Assembly: GCA_964194565.1 (NCBI GenBank)
Contig: CAXMMZ010000129.1
Span: 1 to 55,345, forward strand
Length of the DNA: 55,345 nucleotides
Reading direction: 5' to 3'
Origin: Arenicellales bacterium
GTDB lineage: Bacteria > Pseudomonadota > Gammaproteobacteria > Arenicellales > JAOTWM01
Below the pieces are notes generated by a model. That model saw nothing but the letters and a program-made list of their open reading frames with translations. It did not search any database and had not been told where the DNA came from. Position numbers and translations under genes: made by a program. This document shows, in pieces, positions 9,484 to 17,959 of this stretch; the stretch's first letter is position 1; the number at the start of each line of letters is the position of its first letter.

Positions 9484-11703
9484 TTAATACATTTCATAGG
9501 GATCGACATCTAACGACCAACGGGTGCGGTAGACGCGTTTAGACTGCTCCAACGCAGTAATCCATTCATTTAGAAACCGTGCCCGCGCCCGGCGTTGCTC
9601 GGCATGAACAAGCAATTGCGCCCGATATCGGCCGGCGCGTTTTTCCATCGGTGACGGCACCGGATCCATCAACACCACATCGATAATATGTCGCTTCCGC
9701 AGCAACCGTTCTCCGCATTGTTTCGCAGCGGCCAGAAAGTCCAGCGCCGCGCCGGCCGTGGATGACTCGGATCGCAACAACGCAAAGTGCGCGTACGGCG
9801 GATAATTAGCCTCCAGCCTTTCGCGCAATGCCTGATCAGCAAACGTATTGAAATCGTGGCGGGCAATGTGCTGGTAACACGGAGTTAAAGGGTACATGGT
9901 TTGGATTAGCACTTCGCCTGCGTGTGCACCACGACCAGCGCGCCCTGCCACTTGCATCGCTTGCTGAAACAAAATTTCAGTTGCGCGAAAATCCAGACTG
10001 AATAAACCCTGATCAGCATTAACGATCCCCACCAGTGTGACCCCGGGAAAGTCATGACCCTTAGACAGCATCTGCGTACCCACTAAAATGTCAGCGTCGC
10101 CACTACGGATGGAGTTCAAGCTGATCTCAAGAGCTCCCCGGCGTGACGTAGTATCGCTGTCAACACGGACGATGCGGGCACTTGGAAAATGTCGCGCCAG
10201 CGCTTCCTCTATTCTTTGCGTGCCTTCGCCGACTCGGCGTAATGACTCGTCGCCACAATCGGGACACACACGCGGCACCGCGCGCGCGGCACCACAGTGA
10301 TGGCAGCGAATGCGGCCACTGCGCCGATGCAACGTCATCTTTGCATCGCAACGCCCGCACTGCGCTCGCCAACCGCATGCACTGCACATCACTACCGGTG
10401 CGAAACCGCGGCGGTTCAAAAAAATCAGGCTTTGCTGACCATCATCGATTCTCTTCCGAATTGCATCCAACAACGGTCGCGTCAATCCATCGGTAGCGGA
10501 CAGGCGCGATAGATCGAGGATTCGCACCCGAGGTAACTCCGCGCCGCCGGCCCGTAGCGGCAGACTGAGCCGCTGGTAGCGGTTGCGCTGGGCATTGGAT
10601 ACGGTCTCTAATGATGGCGTCGCAGAGCCCAACAATATCGGAATATTGGCGCTGCGAGCCCTGACAATCGCCACGTCACGAGCGTGGTAACGAAACCCGT
10701 CTTGCTGCTTGTAGGACGCGTCATGTTCCTCATCAATAATTATCAGACCGAGGCGCTTGATCGAACAAAATACCGCCGAGCGTGTGCCCAGGATCACATT
10801 GACCGCAGCGCTATGGGCATCCCACCAGGCGCGGTGCCGCTCGCGATTTGAAAGCCCAGAGTGCAAAACCGCGATTCGAGCGCCCAAACGCAGTTCGAAC
10901 CGCGCGACGAGTTGTGGTGTCAGCGCGATTTCCGGCGCTAAGATCAATACTTGGCGACCCGATCGCAGAACGCGTTGCGCGAGCTGCAGGTACACTTCAG
11001 TTTTGCCGCTGCCGGTTATACCGTGCAATAAAAAACATTTGAAGCGTTGCATTTCCGCCGTGACCGCCGCTACGGCCTCGGCTTGCGCCGAGTTCAGCTC
11101 CGGCGTCGTGCCGTCGGGTTTGGCGATAGGCGACGGTAGCGCACTGTTTTGCTCGACCCAGCCGCGCGCACTGAGCGCATCCACGGCCTGGCGCCAGGAT
11201 CGGGATATTGCACGTAGTTCACGTCCACCAGCGCCGGGTGGCGTGGCGCGCAGACTCTGCATGATCTTACGTTGCACCGGTGCGCGTTGTAATTCACGGA
11301 GATCTACCGCACAGCCGGTCGGAGTCACGCGAAACCATGGAGTGGTCCCGGGCTTGGCATTGACACCTCGGCGCATAGCTACCGGTAACGCAGCCGACAC
11401 GATTTCCCCGAGCGGGTACTGATAATACTCAGAGGCCCAGTGCAGCAAACCGAGCAACTCGGCATTAAGCACCGGCACTGTATCGATCGCACCGAGTATC
11501 GGTTTGAGTTCACCGATCCGCGGCGGCACAGCGTCGAGATGCTTTATTACGACCCCCGTTACCCGGCGGTGGCCGAAAGGCACCGTGACCCGGCATCCGG
11601 GGTCTGGCGCCGGTTTAGCACAATCGTAAACAAACGTGCGTCGCAGCGGCGCGGGTACCGCCACCTCAATAATCGAACTCGGCGACGAGGACCTCGGCAT
11701 CAT
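9484..11703 (-). CDS. priA: Primosomal protein N' (replication restart helicase)
   Basis: GITGSGKT, DEEH, SATPS, two CxxC pairs, GTQMLSKGHDFP, C-terminal LDVDP; start at 11703 or 11700. Confidence 0.97.
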   Translation of the reverse strand: MMPRSSSPSSIIEVAVPAPLRRTFVYDCAKPAPDPGCRVTVPFGHRRVTGVVIKHLDAVPPRIGELKPILGAIDTVPVLNAELLGLLHWASEYYQYPLGEIVSAALPVAMRRGVNAKPGTTPWFRVTPTGCAVDLRELQRAPVQRKIMQSLRATPPGAGGRELRAISRSWRQAVDALSARGWVEQNSALPSPIAKPDGTTPELNSAQAEAVAAVTAEMQRFKCFLLHGITGSGKTEVYLQLAQRVLRSGRQVLILAPEIALTPQLVARFELRLGARIAVLHSGLSNRERHRAWWDAHSAAVNVILGTRSAVFCSIKRLGLIIIDEEHDASYKQQDGFRYHARDVAIVRARSANIPILLGSATPSLETVSNAQRNRYQRLSLPLRAGGAELPRVRILDLSRLSATDGLTRPLLDAIRKRIDDGQQSLIFLNRRGFAPVVMCSACGWRAQCGRCDAKMTLHRRSGRIRCHHCGAARAVPRVCPDCGDESLRRVGEGTQRIEEALARHFPSARIVRVDSDTTSRRGALEISLNSIRSGDADILVGTQMLSKGHDFPGVTLVGIVNADQGLFSLDFRATEILFQQAMQVAGRAGRGAHAGEVLIQTMYPLTPCYQHIARHDFNTFADQALRERLEANYPPYAHFALLRSESSTAGAALDFLAAAKQCGERLLRKRHIIDVVLMDPVPSPMEKRAGRYRAQLLVHAEQRRARARFLNEWITALEQSKRVYRTRWSLDVDPYEMY

Positions 11704-11828
11704 TAGCGCAAGAGTATCATCAAAACACCTACGCAGCCGGCCGGATAGAAGCCCGTAATTGAGGGATAGCATCATCCGGATTCGAGACAGTCGCAAATAA
11801 CTTGTTGAAGTGTGGGAACAATCCGCAC

Positions 11829-12030
11829 TTACTCACAAAGGCTGTGGAAAACTTTGTGCATAACTTTGCCGCGAGGCGCGGATTCATTTGCGGTCGGCGT
11901 AGTGCGAGGACATTGATTAAAAAATAATCAGCCATTAAAGCTACATGTTTTCAAATACTTAACTAATTATGGCGACATTCACTCGCAATTCTCAATAACC
12001 ATCGTGGAGCGGACACAGAATTGTGCATAA
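11829..12030. promoter_or_regulatory. DnaA-box cluster with Fis and IHF consensus sites (DARS-like element)
   Basis: TTACTCACA(11829-37)-5 bp-TGTGGAAAA(11843-51)-3 bp-TGTGCATAA(11855-63); Fis match GATTAAAAAATAATC (11915-29); IHF-like TTTCAAATACTTA (11949-61); extra box TGTGCATAA (12022-30). Confidence 0.7.
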
Positions 12031-12203
12031 GTCAACGACCATATGGCCCTCGGGGGGGGATCGTCCCGCACGAAGCCCTCGATTGTAATGCTCTTCATTT
12101 CAATTATTTATGTCCGTATGTTGGAGCTTGGGCACAAGAATAGCGGCTAACTGCATGTATCATTAATTTCAACGAATATCATTCGACAACTGAATAAAAT
12201 CAA

Positions 12204-13223
12204 TTGCGTGATTGTCATTATATGGCGTTGAGTCGCTCAACCGCTTCACAACGTTCCGCTTACTCGGCTGGGGCGGCCGTATACACGTGGCGCGCGGCGT
12301 TCCGCCTGGCCGCATTGGCGACGTGGTTCTGCGTAATCGGACCAACGCTCGCCGCCGGTAACAGCGGATTCGATAGTGTAGTGTTAATCAGCATAGATGG
12401 ATTGCGGGCTGACGTAGTGACCGCCGCCACTACTCCTTATCTCGCTAAACTCAAACGCCGCGCTTGGTGGGTTCGCAGTGCGCGTACGGTGTCACCGCCG
12501 ACAACCTTACCGGCTCACACATCGATGCTGACCGGTCTGCGGCCGCACGAACACCGGGTGCTATGGAATAGCCCGCGGCCCGGCGCCTATCGCGGCGAGT
12601 CGGTGTTCAGCGTCGTGCGCGATGCCGGTCTCGACACCGCAGCGTTTATCTCGAAACCGAAACTTTACTACCTCACACATCCCGATCGCATCGACTACGT
12701 TAACCGAAAGGCCGGCGATGATATGGGCATCACTCCATCGCAAACCATCGTTGCCGACGTGCGACGCGAGTGGCCACGCCGACCCTACGCGTTCGCGTTT
12801 ATTCATCTCGCAGAACCCGACCTGAGCGGCCATCGTTCGGGGTGGATGAGCCCCGACTATCTGGCCGCCGTGAAACAAATCGATGCCGCGCTGCTTGAGT
12901 TACTGACAGTGTTTGAGGCAACGGCCACCAATCGCAGCGTCGCGCTAATAATCACTGCCGATCACGGCGGCGACGGCTTTCACCACCGCTCCAGTCGGGA
13001 TGTCGTGCGCGAGGTGCCCTGGCTGCTGTTTGCGCCCGGCGTCGGTTGCGGGGAAATCCTGCATCCGGTACGACTGCACGATACCGCGCCAACGGTTCTC
13101 GCACTACTCGGCCTCAAGTTCAGCGGTGCAATTTCGGGAACCCCGATAGCGCCGCTACGCGGTGGCGACATCGCCCAACTCAGCGCCGAATCTCGTCGAC
13201 AAATATCGGAAAATTGCCGCTAG
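12204..13223 (+). CDS. Alkaline phosphatase superfamily / nucleotide pyrophosphatase-phosphodiesterase-type protein, probably exported
   Basis: LISIDGLR, TLPAHTSMLTG (catalytic Thr), EPD..GH, TADHGG, D.APT; true start probably downstream of 12204. Confidence 0.88.
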   Translation: MRDCHYMALSRSTASQRSAYSAGAAVYTWRAAFRLAALATWFCVIGPTLAAGNSGFDSVVLISIDGLRADVVTAATTPYLAKLKRRAWWVRSARTVSPPTTLPAHTSMLTGLRPHEHRVLWNSPRPGAYRGESVFSVVRDAGLDTAAFISKPKLYYLTHPDRIDYVNRKAGDDMGITPSQTIVADVRREWPRRPYAFAFIHLAEPDLSGHRSGWMSPDYLAAVKQIDAALLELLTVFEATATNRSVALIITADHGGDGFHHRSSRDVVREVPWLLFAPGVGCGEILHPVRLHDTAPTVLALLGLKFSGAISGTPIAPLRGGDIAQLSAESRRQISENCR

Positions 13224-13710
13224 ACTGGTCCTCGTAATAACGCGTCAAGGTGGCGTGAATAACCTTGAAGGCTAGCTCATCCCACGGAATCTCCTGTTGT
13301 TTGAATAACGCGACATCCAAGCTCTCGGCACCAGGTGCAAATTCCGGTCGCGACAGCGTGCCGCGAAACATCACGTACACCTGATTCACATGGGTGATGT
13401 TATACAGCGCATACAGCGCGACGATATCCACCCTTGCTTGGGCTTCTTCATAGGTTTCTCGAGCCGCGGCTTGTTCCACCGTTTCGCCATTCTCCATAAA
13501 TCCCGCCGGTAGCGTCCATAATCCCTTCCTCGGCTCGATAGCACGCCGGCACAACAGAATACTATCCTCCCACTCGGGAATACATCCTGCCACTACTTTT
13601 GGATTCTGATAGTGAATCGTGCCGCAACTGCTGCACACATGGCGATGTAAATTGTCGTCGGCGGGGATGCGTAGCTCAACCGTAGATCCGCACTCACTGC
13701 AATACTTCAT
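13180..13710 (-). CDS. NUDIX hydrolase with N-terminal zinc ribbon
   Basis: KYCSECG...CSSCG.IHYQNP; Nudix box GFMENGET..QAAARETYEEA. Confidence 0.93.
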   Translation of the reverse strand: MKYCSECGSTVELRIPADDNLHRHVCSSCGTIHYQNPKVVAGCIPEWEDSILLCRRAIEPRKGLWTLPAGFMENGETVEQAAARETYEEAQARVDIVALYALYNITHVNQVYVMFRGTLSRPEFAPGAESLDVALFKQQEIPWDELAFKVIHATLTRYYEDQSSGNFPIFVDEIRR

Positions 13711-13837
13711 CGGTGTCTTCGGTAAATCTCGCCGGCTGCGGAATGTAGATGATGACTATACCATGCTTGTGAGCCGCCCACAGACCCGGTATGCTCGCTC
13801 GCCTGTTTTATGGGTCAACCGTAAATCGATACTCCCT

Positions 13838-14683
13838 ATGGCGAAAGCAAAAGGCAAAAACCGCAAATCGAAAAAACCGTCGAAGTCTCGATTCACGGCA
13901 TCTACCGCAGACAAGTACGAGTTATACCAACTATCGGTGCAGTCGCCGGAACCCGATGTCGCGTTTCTGGCGAGGGTTTATAAAAAAGAACGTGGCAAGC
14001 CGGCCCGGCATTTCCGGGAAGATTTTTGCGGCACTGGATTGCTCACCGCACACTGGGTGAAACGCGGCTCGAAGTATACGGCGGAGGCATTCGATATCGA
14101 TCGCGAACCAATCAAATGGGGCAAGGCTCATGTATTTTCCGAAATTGGGAAAGCCGCGTCGCGGGCGGTTTTGCATCAAGCGGATGTTAGGGTACATAGC
14201 GACGTCGCACCGGACGTTCGTTGCGCACAGAATTTCTCTTATTGGATATTTAAAACGCGGGCCGAGATGCTGGATTACTTTTCCAATGCGCGCGGTGACC
14301 TCGCGGACAACGGCGTATTCGTGATCGATGTTCACGGCGGCCCGGAAAGCATGGAACACATGGAAGAGGAAACAAAAATCGACGAAGGCTTTACCTACGT
14401 ATGGGACCAGGTCTTCTTTTCGCCGGTGACCCACGAGGCACGCCTGTTTATCCATTTTAAATTTAAAGACGGCACGCGCATGAAGCGGGCGTTTCGGTAC
14501 GAATGGCGACTGTGGACGATCCCCGAACTTACCGAGATTCTTACAGAGGCGGGATTCTCGCAAGTGGATTGCTATTGGGAGGGCACCGACAAAGACGGTG
14601 AGTCCGGCAACGGCGTGTTTCGAAAAACCCGGTATGGCGAGAACGACCTGTCCTGGGTATCGTATCTGGTGGCTCTGAAATAA
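13838..14683 (+). CDS. Class I SAM-dependent methyltransferase
   Basis: REDFCGTG motif I, acidic D.D after beta2, NFSYW; start at MAKAK is my estimate. Confidence 0.82.
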   Translation: MAKAKGKNRKSKKPSKSRFTASTADKYELYQLSVQSPEPDVAFLARVYKKERGKPARHFREDFCGTGLLTAHWVKRGSKYTAEAFDIDREPIKWGKAHVFSEIGKAASRAVLHQADVRVHSDVAPDVRCAQNFSYWIFKTRAEMLDYFSNARGDLADNGVFVIDVHGGPESMEHMEEETKIDEGFTYVWDQVFFSPVTHEARLFIHFKFKDGTRMKRAFRYEWRLWTIPELTEILTEAGFSQVDCYWEGTDKDGESGNGVFRKTRYGENDLSWVSYLVALK

Positions 14684-14711
14684 TCGGTCTGCTCATGCGC
14701 GCTACCTACCA

Positions 14712-15008
14712 TTGTCGGGGCCTGCCGATGTTCTGCAACGCCGCGACATGAAGCCGCTGCCAATCGGCTTGGTGCTGAGCGGCGGCACGGCCACGGCCAT
14801 CGCCCATGTGGCCGTGCTAAAGGCATTAGAAACGGAACGCATCGGCATCAATTATCCGGCTGGATTGAGCGGCGGCAGCATCGGGGCAGTGTTGAAGGCG
14901 CTCGGGATGAATATCGGCGCGATGCAACGCGTACCCGAGCTGCGCGTTACGCTACGATATACGAATCGCTGGTGGGATCGAGCCGCCGTGCTGCGTCGAC
15001 CCGGTTGA
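14712..15008 (+). pseudogene. Truncated, degenerate patatin-like phospholipase fragment
   Basis: GLVLSGG..AIAHVAVLKALE and GLSGG (GxSxG) present, but the oxyanion GGGxR is altered and the ORF ends before any DGG motif. Confidence 0.65.
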
Positions 15009-15015
15009 CGACACA

Positions 15016-16605
15016 ATGAAATTGTCGTGGGAATTACCATATCGCTCACAGCGCGAACCGGTTTGCGCCCATAACATCGTAGCTGCATCACAGCCGTTGG
15101 CTGCGCAGGCCGGGCTTAGTATGTTGCTGCGCGGCGGTAATGCTGTTGATGCCGCCATCGCCAGTGCCGTCGCGCTGACCGTCGTCGAACCCAACATGAA
15201 CGGCATCGGCAGCGATGCGTTTGCCATCGTTTGGGATGGTGCGCAGTTGCACGGTCTCAATGCGTCGGGCCGAGCGCCACAACACTTGTCCGTGCGGGAG
15301 TTACTGGAACACCCGGAGATGCCGCAGTACGGCTGGCAAACGGTAACGGTGCCGGGCGCCGTCAGCGCCTGGGTGGCGTTGTCCGAGCGCTTCGGAAAAC
15401 TGCCGTTCGATGCATTATTCGAGCCCGCCATTCGATACGCGCTCGACGGTTTTATCGTTTCACCGGTGGTGGCTGCGCGCTGGAACGAGGCCGCGAGGAT
15501 TTATAAGGATTATCCGGATTTCGCGGCTGCGTTTCTACCGTTTGGACGACCGCCTAATGCGGGTGAATCGTTCCACTCGGCCGACCATGCCGCGACCCTG
15601 CGCGCTATCGCCGCGAGCAAGGGCGAAGCGTTTTATCGCGGTGAACTCAGTGCCCGAATTGTCGCCCATGCACGTGACAACGGCGCTGCACTGGACAACA
15701 CCGATCTCGCAGATCACCGTGTGGAATGGGTCGATTGTATCAGCCGCCGTTATCGCGACGTGGATGTTCACGAGTTGCCGCCGAATGGCCAAGGCTTGGC
15801 GACGTTGATCGCACTTGGCGTACTGCAACACCGCGGCATTGACGATTATGCGTTGGATTCGGCGGATTCGATTCATCTGCAACTGGAAGCGATGAAAATC
15901 GGATTTGCGGAAGCGCATCGCCATGTGGCTGACCCCTCGACCATGCAAGTGCATACCGACGCATTGTTGGACGAGGCGTTTTTGCGACGCCGTGGCGACG
16001 AGATAGACATGAGCCACGCCGGACATTATGACTCCAAGGTCGAGCCCGATTCCGGTACCGTTTATCTTAGCTGTGCCGATCGCAGCGGTATGATGGTGTC
16101 CTTTATCCAATCCAACTACCAGGGGTTTGGATCAGGTATTGTCGTTCCCGGCACGGGCATTAGTCTGCAAAATCGGGGTAAGTGTTTTAGTACCGACCCG
16201 GCGCACCCCAATGTCGTGGCGCCAGGTAAACGACCGTTTCATACAATCATCCCGGCGATGGCCAGCAAACACGGCAACGCCATACTGAGTTTTGGAGTGA
16301 TGGGCGGGCACATGCAGCCGCAAGGGCACGTACAGATGATTCTCCGCATCTTCGATCACCAGCAGAATCCGCAAGCCGCGGCCGACGCGCCGCGTTGGCA
16401 CGTCAACAAGCACTTCGAAATTGCGATAGAGACCGGTCTGCCGGCGGAGGTGCGCGCCGAATTGACGCGACGCGGTCATCGCTGGATTACGGATTCCGAC
16501 GTATCGGTGGATTTGTTCGGTGGCGCGCAACTGATTTACCGGCTCGATGACGGCTACTGCGCCGGATCCGATTCACGTAAGGACGGACAAGCGGTCGGCT
16601 ATTGA
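15016..16605 (+). CDS. ggt: Gamma-glutamyltransferase family (Ntn hydrolase)
   Basis: GGNAVDAA, VPGAV, LPPNGQG, nucleophile T in GTVY, KRPFHTIIP, GVMGG.MQPQG, D.RKDG. Confidence 0.94.
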   Translation: MKLSWELPYRSQREPVCAHNIVAASQPLAAQAGLSMLLRGGNAVDAAIASAVALTVVEPNMNGIGSDAFAIVWDGAQLHGLNASGRAPQHLSVRELLEHPEMPQYGWQTVTVPGAVSAWVALSERFGKLPFDALFEPAIRYALDGFIVSPVVAARWNEAARIYKDYPDFAAAFLPFGRPPNAGESFHSADHAATLRAIAASKGEAFYRGELSARIVAHARDNGAALDNTDLADHRVEWVDCISRRYRDVDVHELPPNGQGLATLIALGVLQHRGIDDYALDSADSIHLQLEAMKIGFAEAHRHVADPSTMQVHTDALLDEAFLRRRGDEIDMSHAGHYDSKVEPDSGTVYLSCADRSGMMVSFIQSNYQGFGSGIVVPGTGISLQNRGKCFSTDPAHPNVVAPGKRPFHTIIPAMASKHGNAILSFGVMGGHMQPQGHVQMILRIFDHQQNPQAAADAPRWHVNKHFEIAIETGLPAEVRAELTRRGHRWITDSDVSVDLFGGAQLIYRLDDGYCAGSDSRKDGQAVGY

Positions 16606-16643
16606 ACATCGGCACCGGTTGGCGTAACGATTTCCTTGCCGAG

Positions 16644-16735
16644 TTAGTCGGCCGTTAAAAGCCACAATAAATTGAATGACTTCAATTTATACAGAAAATT
16701 GTAGTCATGAATTTGCCAGAGATCGAGCCGACTAC
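16644..16735 (-). mobile_element. MITE family B, copy 2 (~92 bp, inverted relative to copy 1)
   Basis: Reverse complement GTAGTCGGCTCGATCTCTGGCAAATTCATG...GGCTTTTAACGGCCGACTAA aligns with 6345-6437. Confidence 0.75.
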
Positions 16736-16786
16736 TTAGCCCAATTTTCCATGCAGTCCAAACCCTTCGTGAAATATCCAGGTTAG
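16736..16786 (+). mobile_element. MITE family A minimal relic (51 bp, essentially two ends)
   Basis: Right end CCCTTCGTGAAATATCCAGGTTAG matches the family A TIR; left end TTAGCCC... is degenerate; TTAG at both ends. Confidence 0.6.
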
Positions 16787-17952
16787 TATCCGGTCAGCTC
16801 CACGTATCCGCTTCCCACCGCCGTGCCAGCCTCCAACACGCGTACCGCCCCTTCCCAATAACGAAACGCCCCAGTTAGTTCCTGCGCATTGAGCGTGGGC
16901 TGTAATGCGACATCGATGCGATGCCGTGGCACACGCAACCGCCACCGCACCGGATAGCGCGTCCCCGTCGTCGGGCTTTGCCACTCCTCTAACACCGTCA
17001 ACGCAATGTCGTCAGCCGCAATCGCGGAACTAATACCGTCACGATCGACCCATACCCCCGCACTGGTGGCGGCCACCCCGCCATCGACCGTGCGCAACCG
17101 GTAGTACATAAGCTCGGTGCCATCGACAAACTGTAGCGCAAACCAATCCCAGCCCTGTTGATCCGACGCCAACATCGATGTTGACCACTCGCGGTCAAGC
17201 CAACTAGTGCCGCTGACCGAATACACCCGATCGCCGATTTGCAGCGTGCCCTGACTCACGAGCCGCGTTAACGAGTAGTAATAGGACGCATTACCGGGGT
17301 CCAGGCTCTTCTGGCTCCAACCGGCATCGCCCTGTAAGACCACGGGTTTCGTGCTGCGCAGCGTGAGCCTGAGCACCACGTCGTTGCTGCGGCCGCTTAA
17401 CGTCAATGTCTGGCAACCGCGGCAACGGTCGTCGTTCGACGTCCCATTAAGGGACCAATCATCCAGCCAGACCCGCAACGGCGCGGATTCAGCGCCCGCC
17501 AGACCAAGCGCACCACGGCTGAAGCGCTCGGCTTGGTAGAATCGGCCGGCGCTACTGTCAGTCACTGCAAAGTGCGCCATGTAGGCTTGGTTCGTCGACC
17601 AGGCGGAGTGCGGGTCCGATGCACGTGGCGACACGGCATTGCGAAAGAAAGTGAGCTCGTAGCCAAAGTGGCGTTGCGTTGGATCCTCGAGATTACCGGT
17701 TAGGTACCACCATTCGGTCTTGAAGTTCGGGTGTGGGCCGTGATCGCGGGGAAACTGCAACTCGATTGGGGCGACTGCACGCGCAAATCCGGGGGCCGCG
17801 ACTTCCCGCAACGTCTGCTCTAGAAATCCCGTCGCCGTAGCGGCCGCATTCGACGTCGGCTGTGGGCGTTGTTGCGGCCACCACAGCACAACGAGTGTAA
17901 CGAGGCCGGCCGCTATTCCGATGCTTGCCACTATGGACCGGATGCGTGCCAT
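16783..17952 (-). CDS. AttH/CrtC-like (carotenoid 1,2-hydratase / lipocalin-like) membrane-anchored protein
   Basis: FP.DHGPHP....EWWYLTG, SYYYS, W.DREWS, GWDWF, YWEG, GY.ELTGY; start at MARIRS precedes a TM segment. Confidence 0.9.
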   Translation of the reverse strand: MARIRSIVASIGIAAGLVTLVVLWWPQQRPQPTSNAAATATGFLEQTLREVAAPGFARAVAPIELQFPRDHGPHPNFKTEWWYLTGNLEDPTQRHFGYELTFFRNAVSPRASDPHSAWSTNQAYMAHFAVTDSSAGRFYQAERFSRGALGLAGAESAPLRVWLDDWSLNGTSNDDRCRGCQTLTLSGRSNDVVLRLTLRSTKPVVLQGDAGWSQKSLDPGNASYYYSLTRLVSQGTLQIGDRVYSVSGTSWLDREWSTSMLASDQQGWDWFALQFVDGTELMYYRLRTVDGGVAATSAGVWVDRDGISSAIAADDIALTVLEEWQSPTTGTRYPVRWRLRVPRHRIDVALQPTLNAQELTGAFRYWEGAVRVLEAGTAVGSGYVELTGY

Positions 17953-17959
17953 CGGTAGC

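Noticed and set aside
12052-12059. G8 tract as a phase-variation switch
   Set aside because: Short, intergenic, and not demonstrably within a promoter spacer
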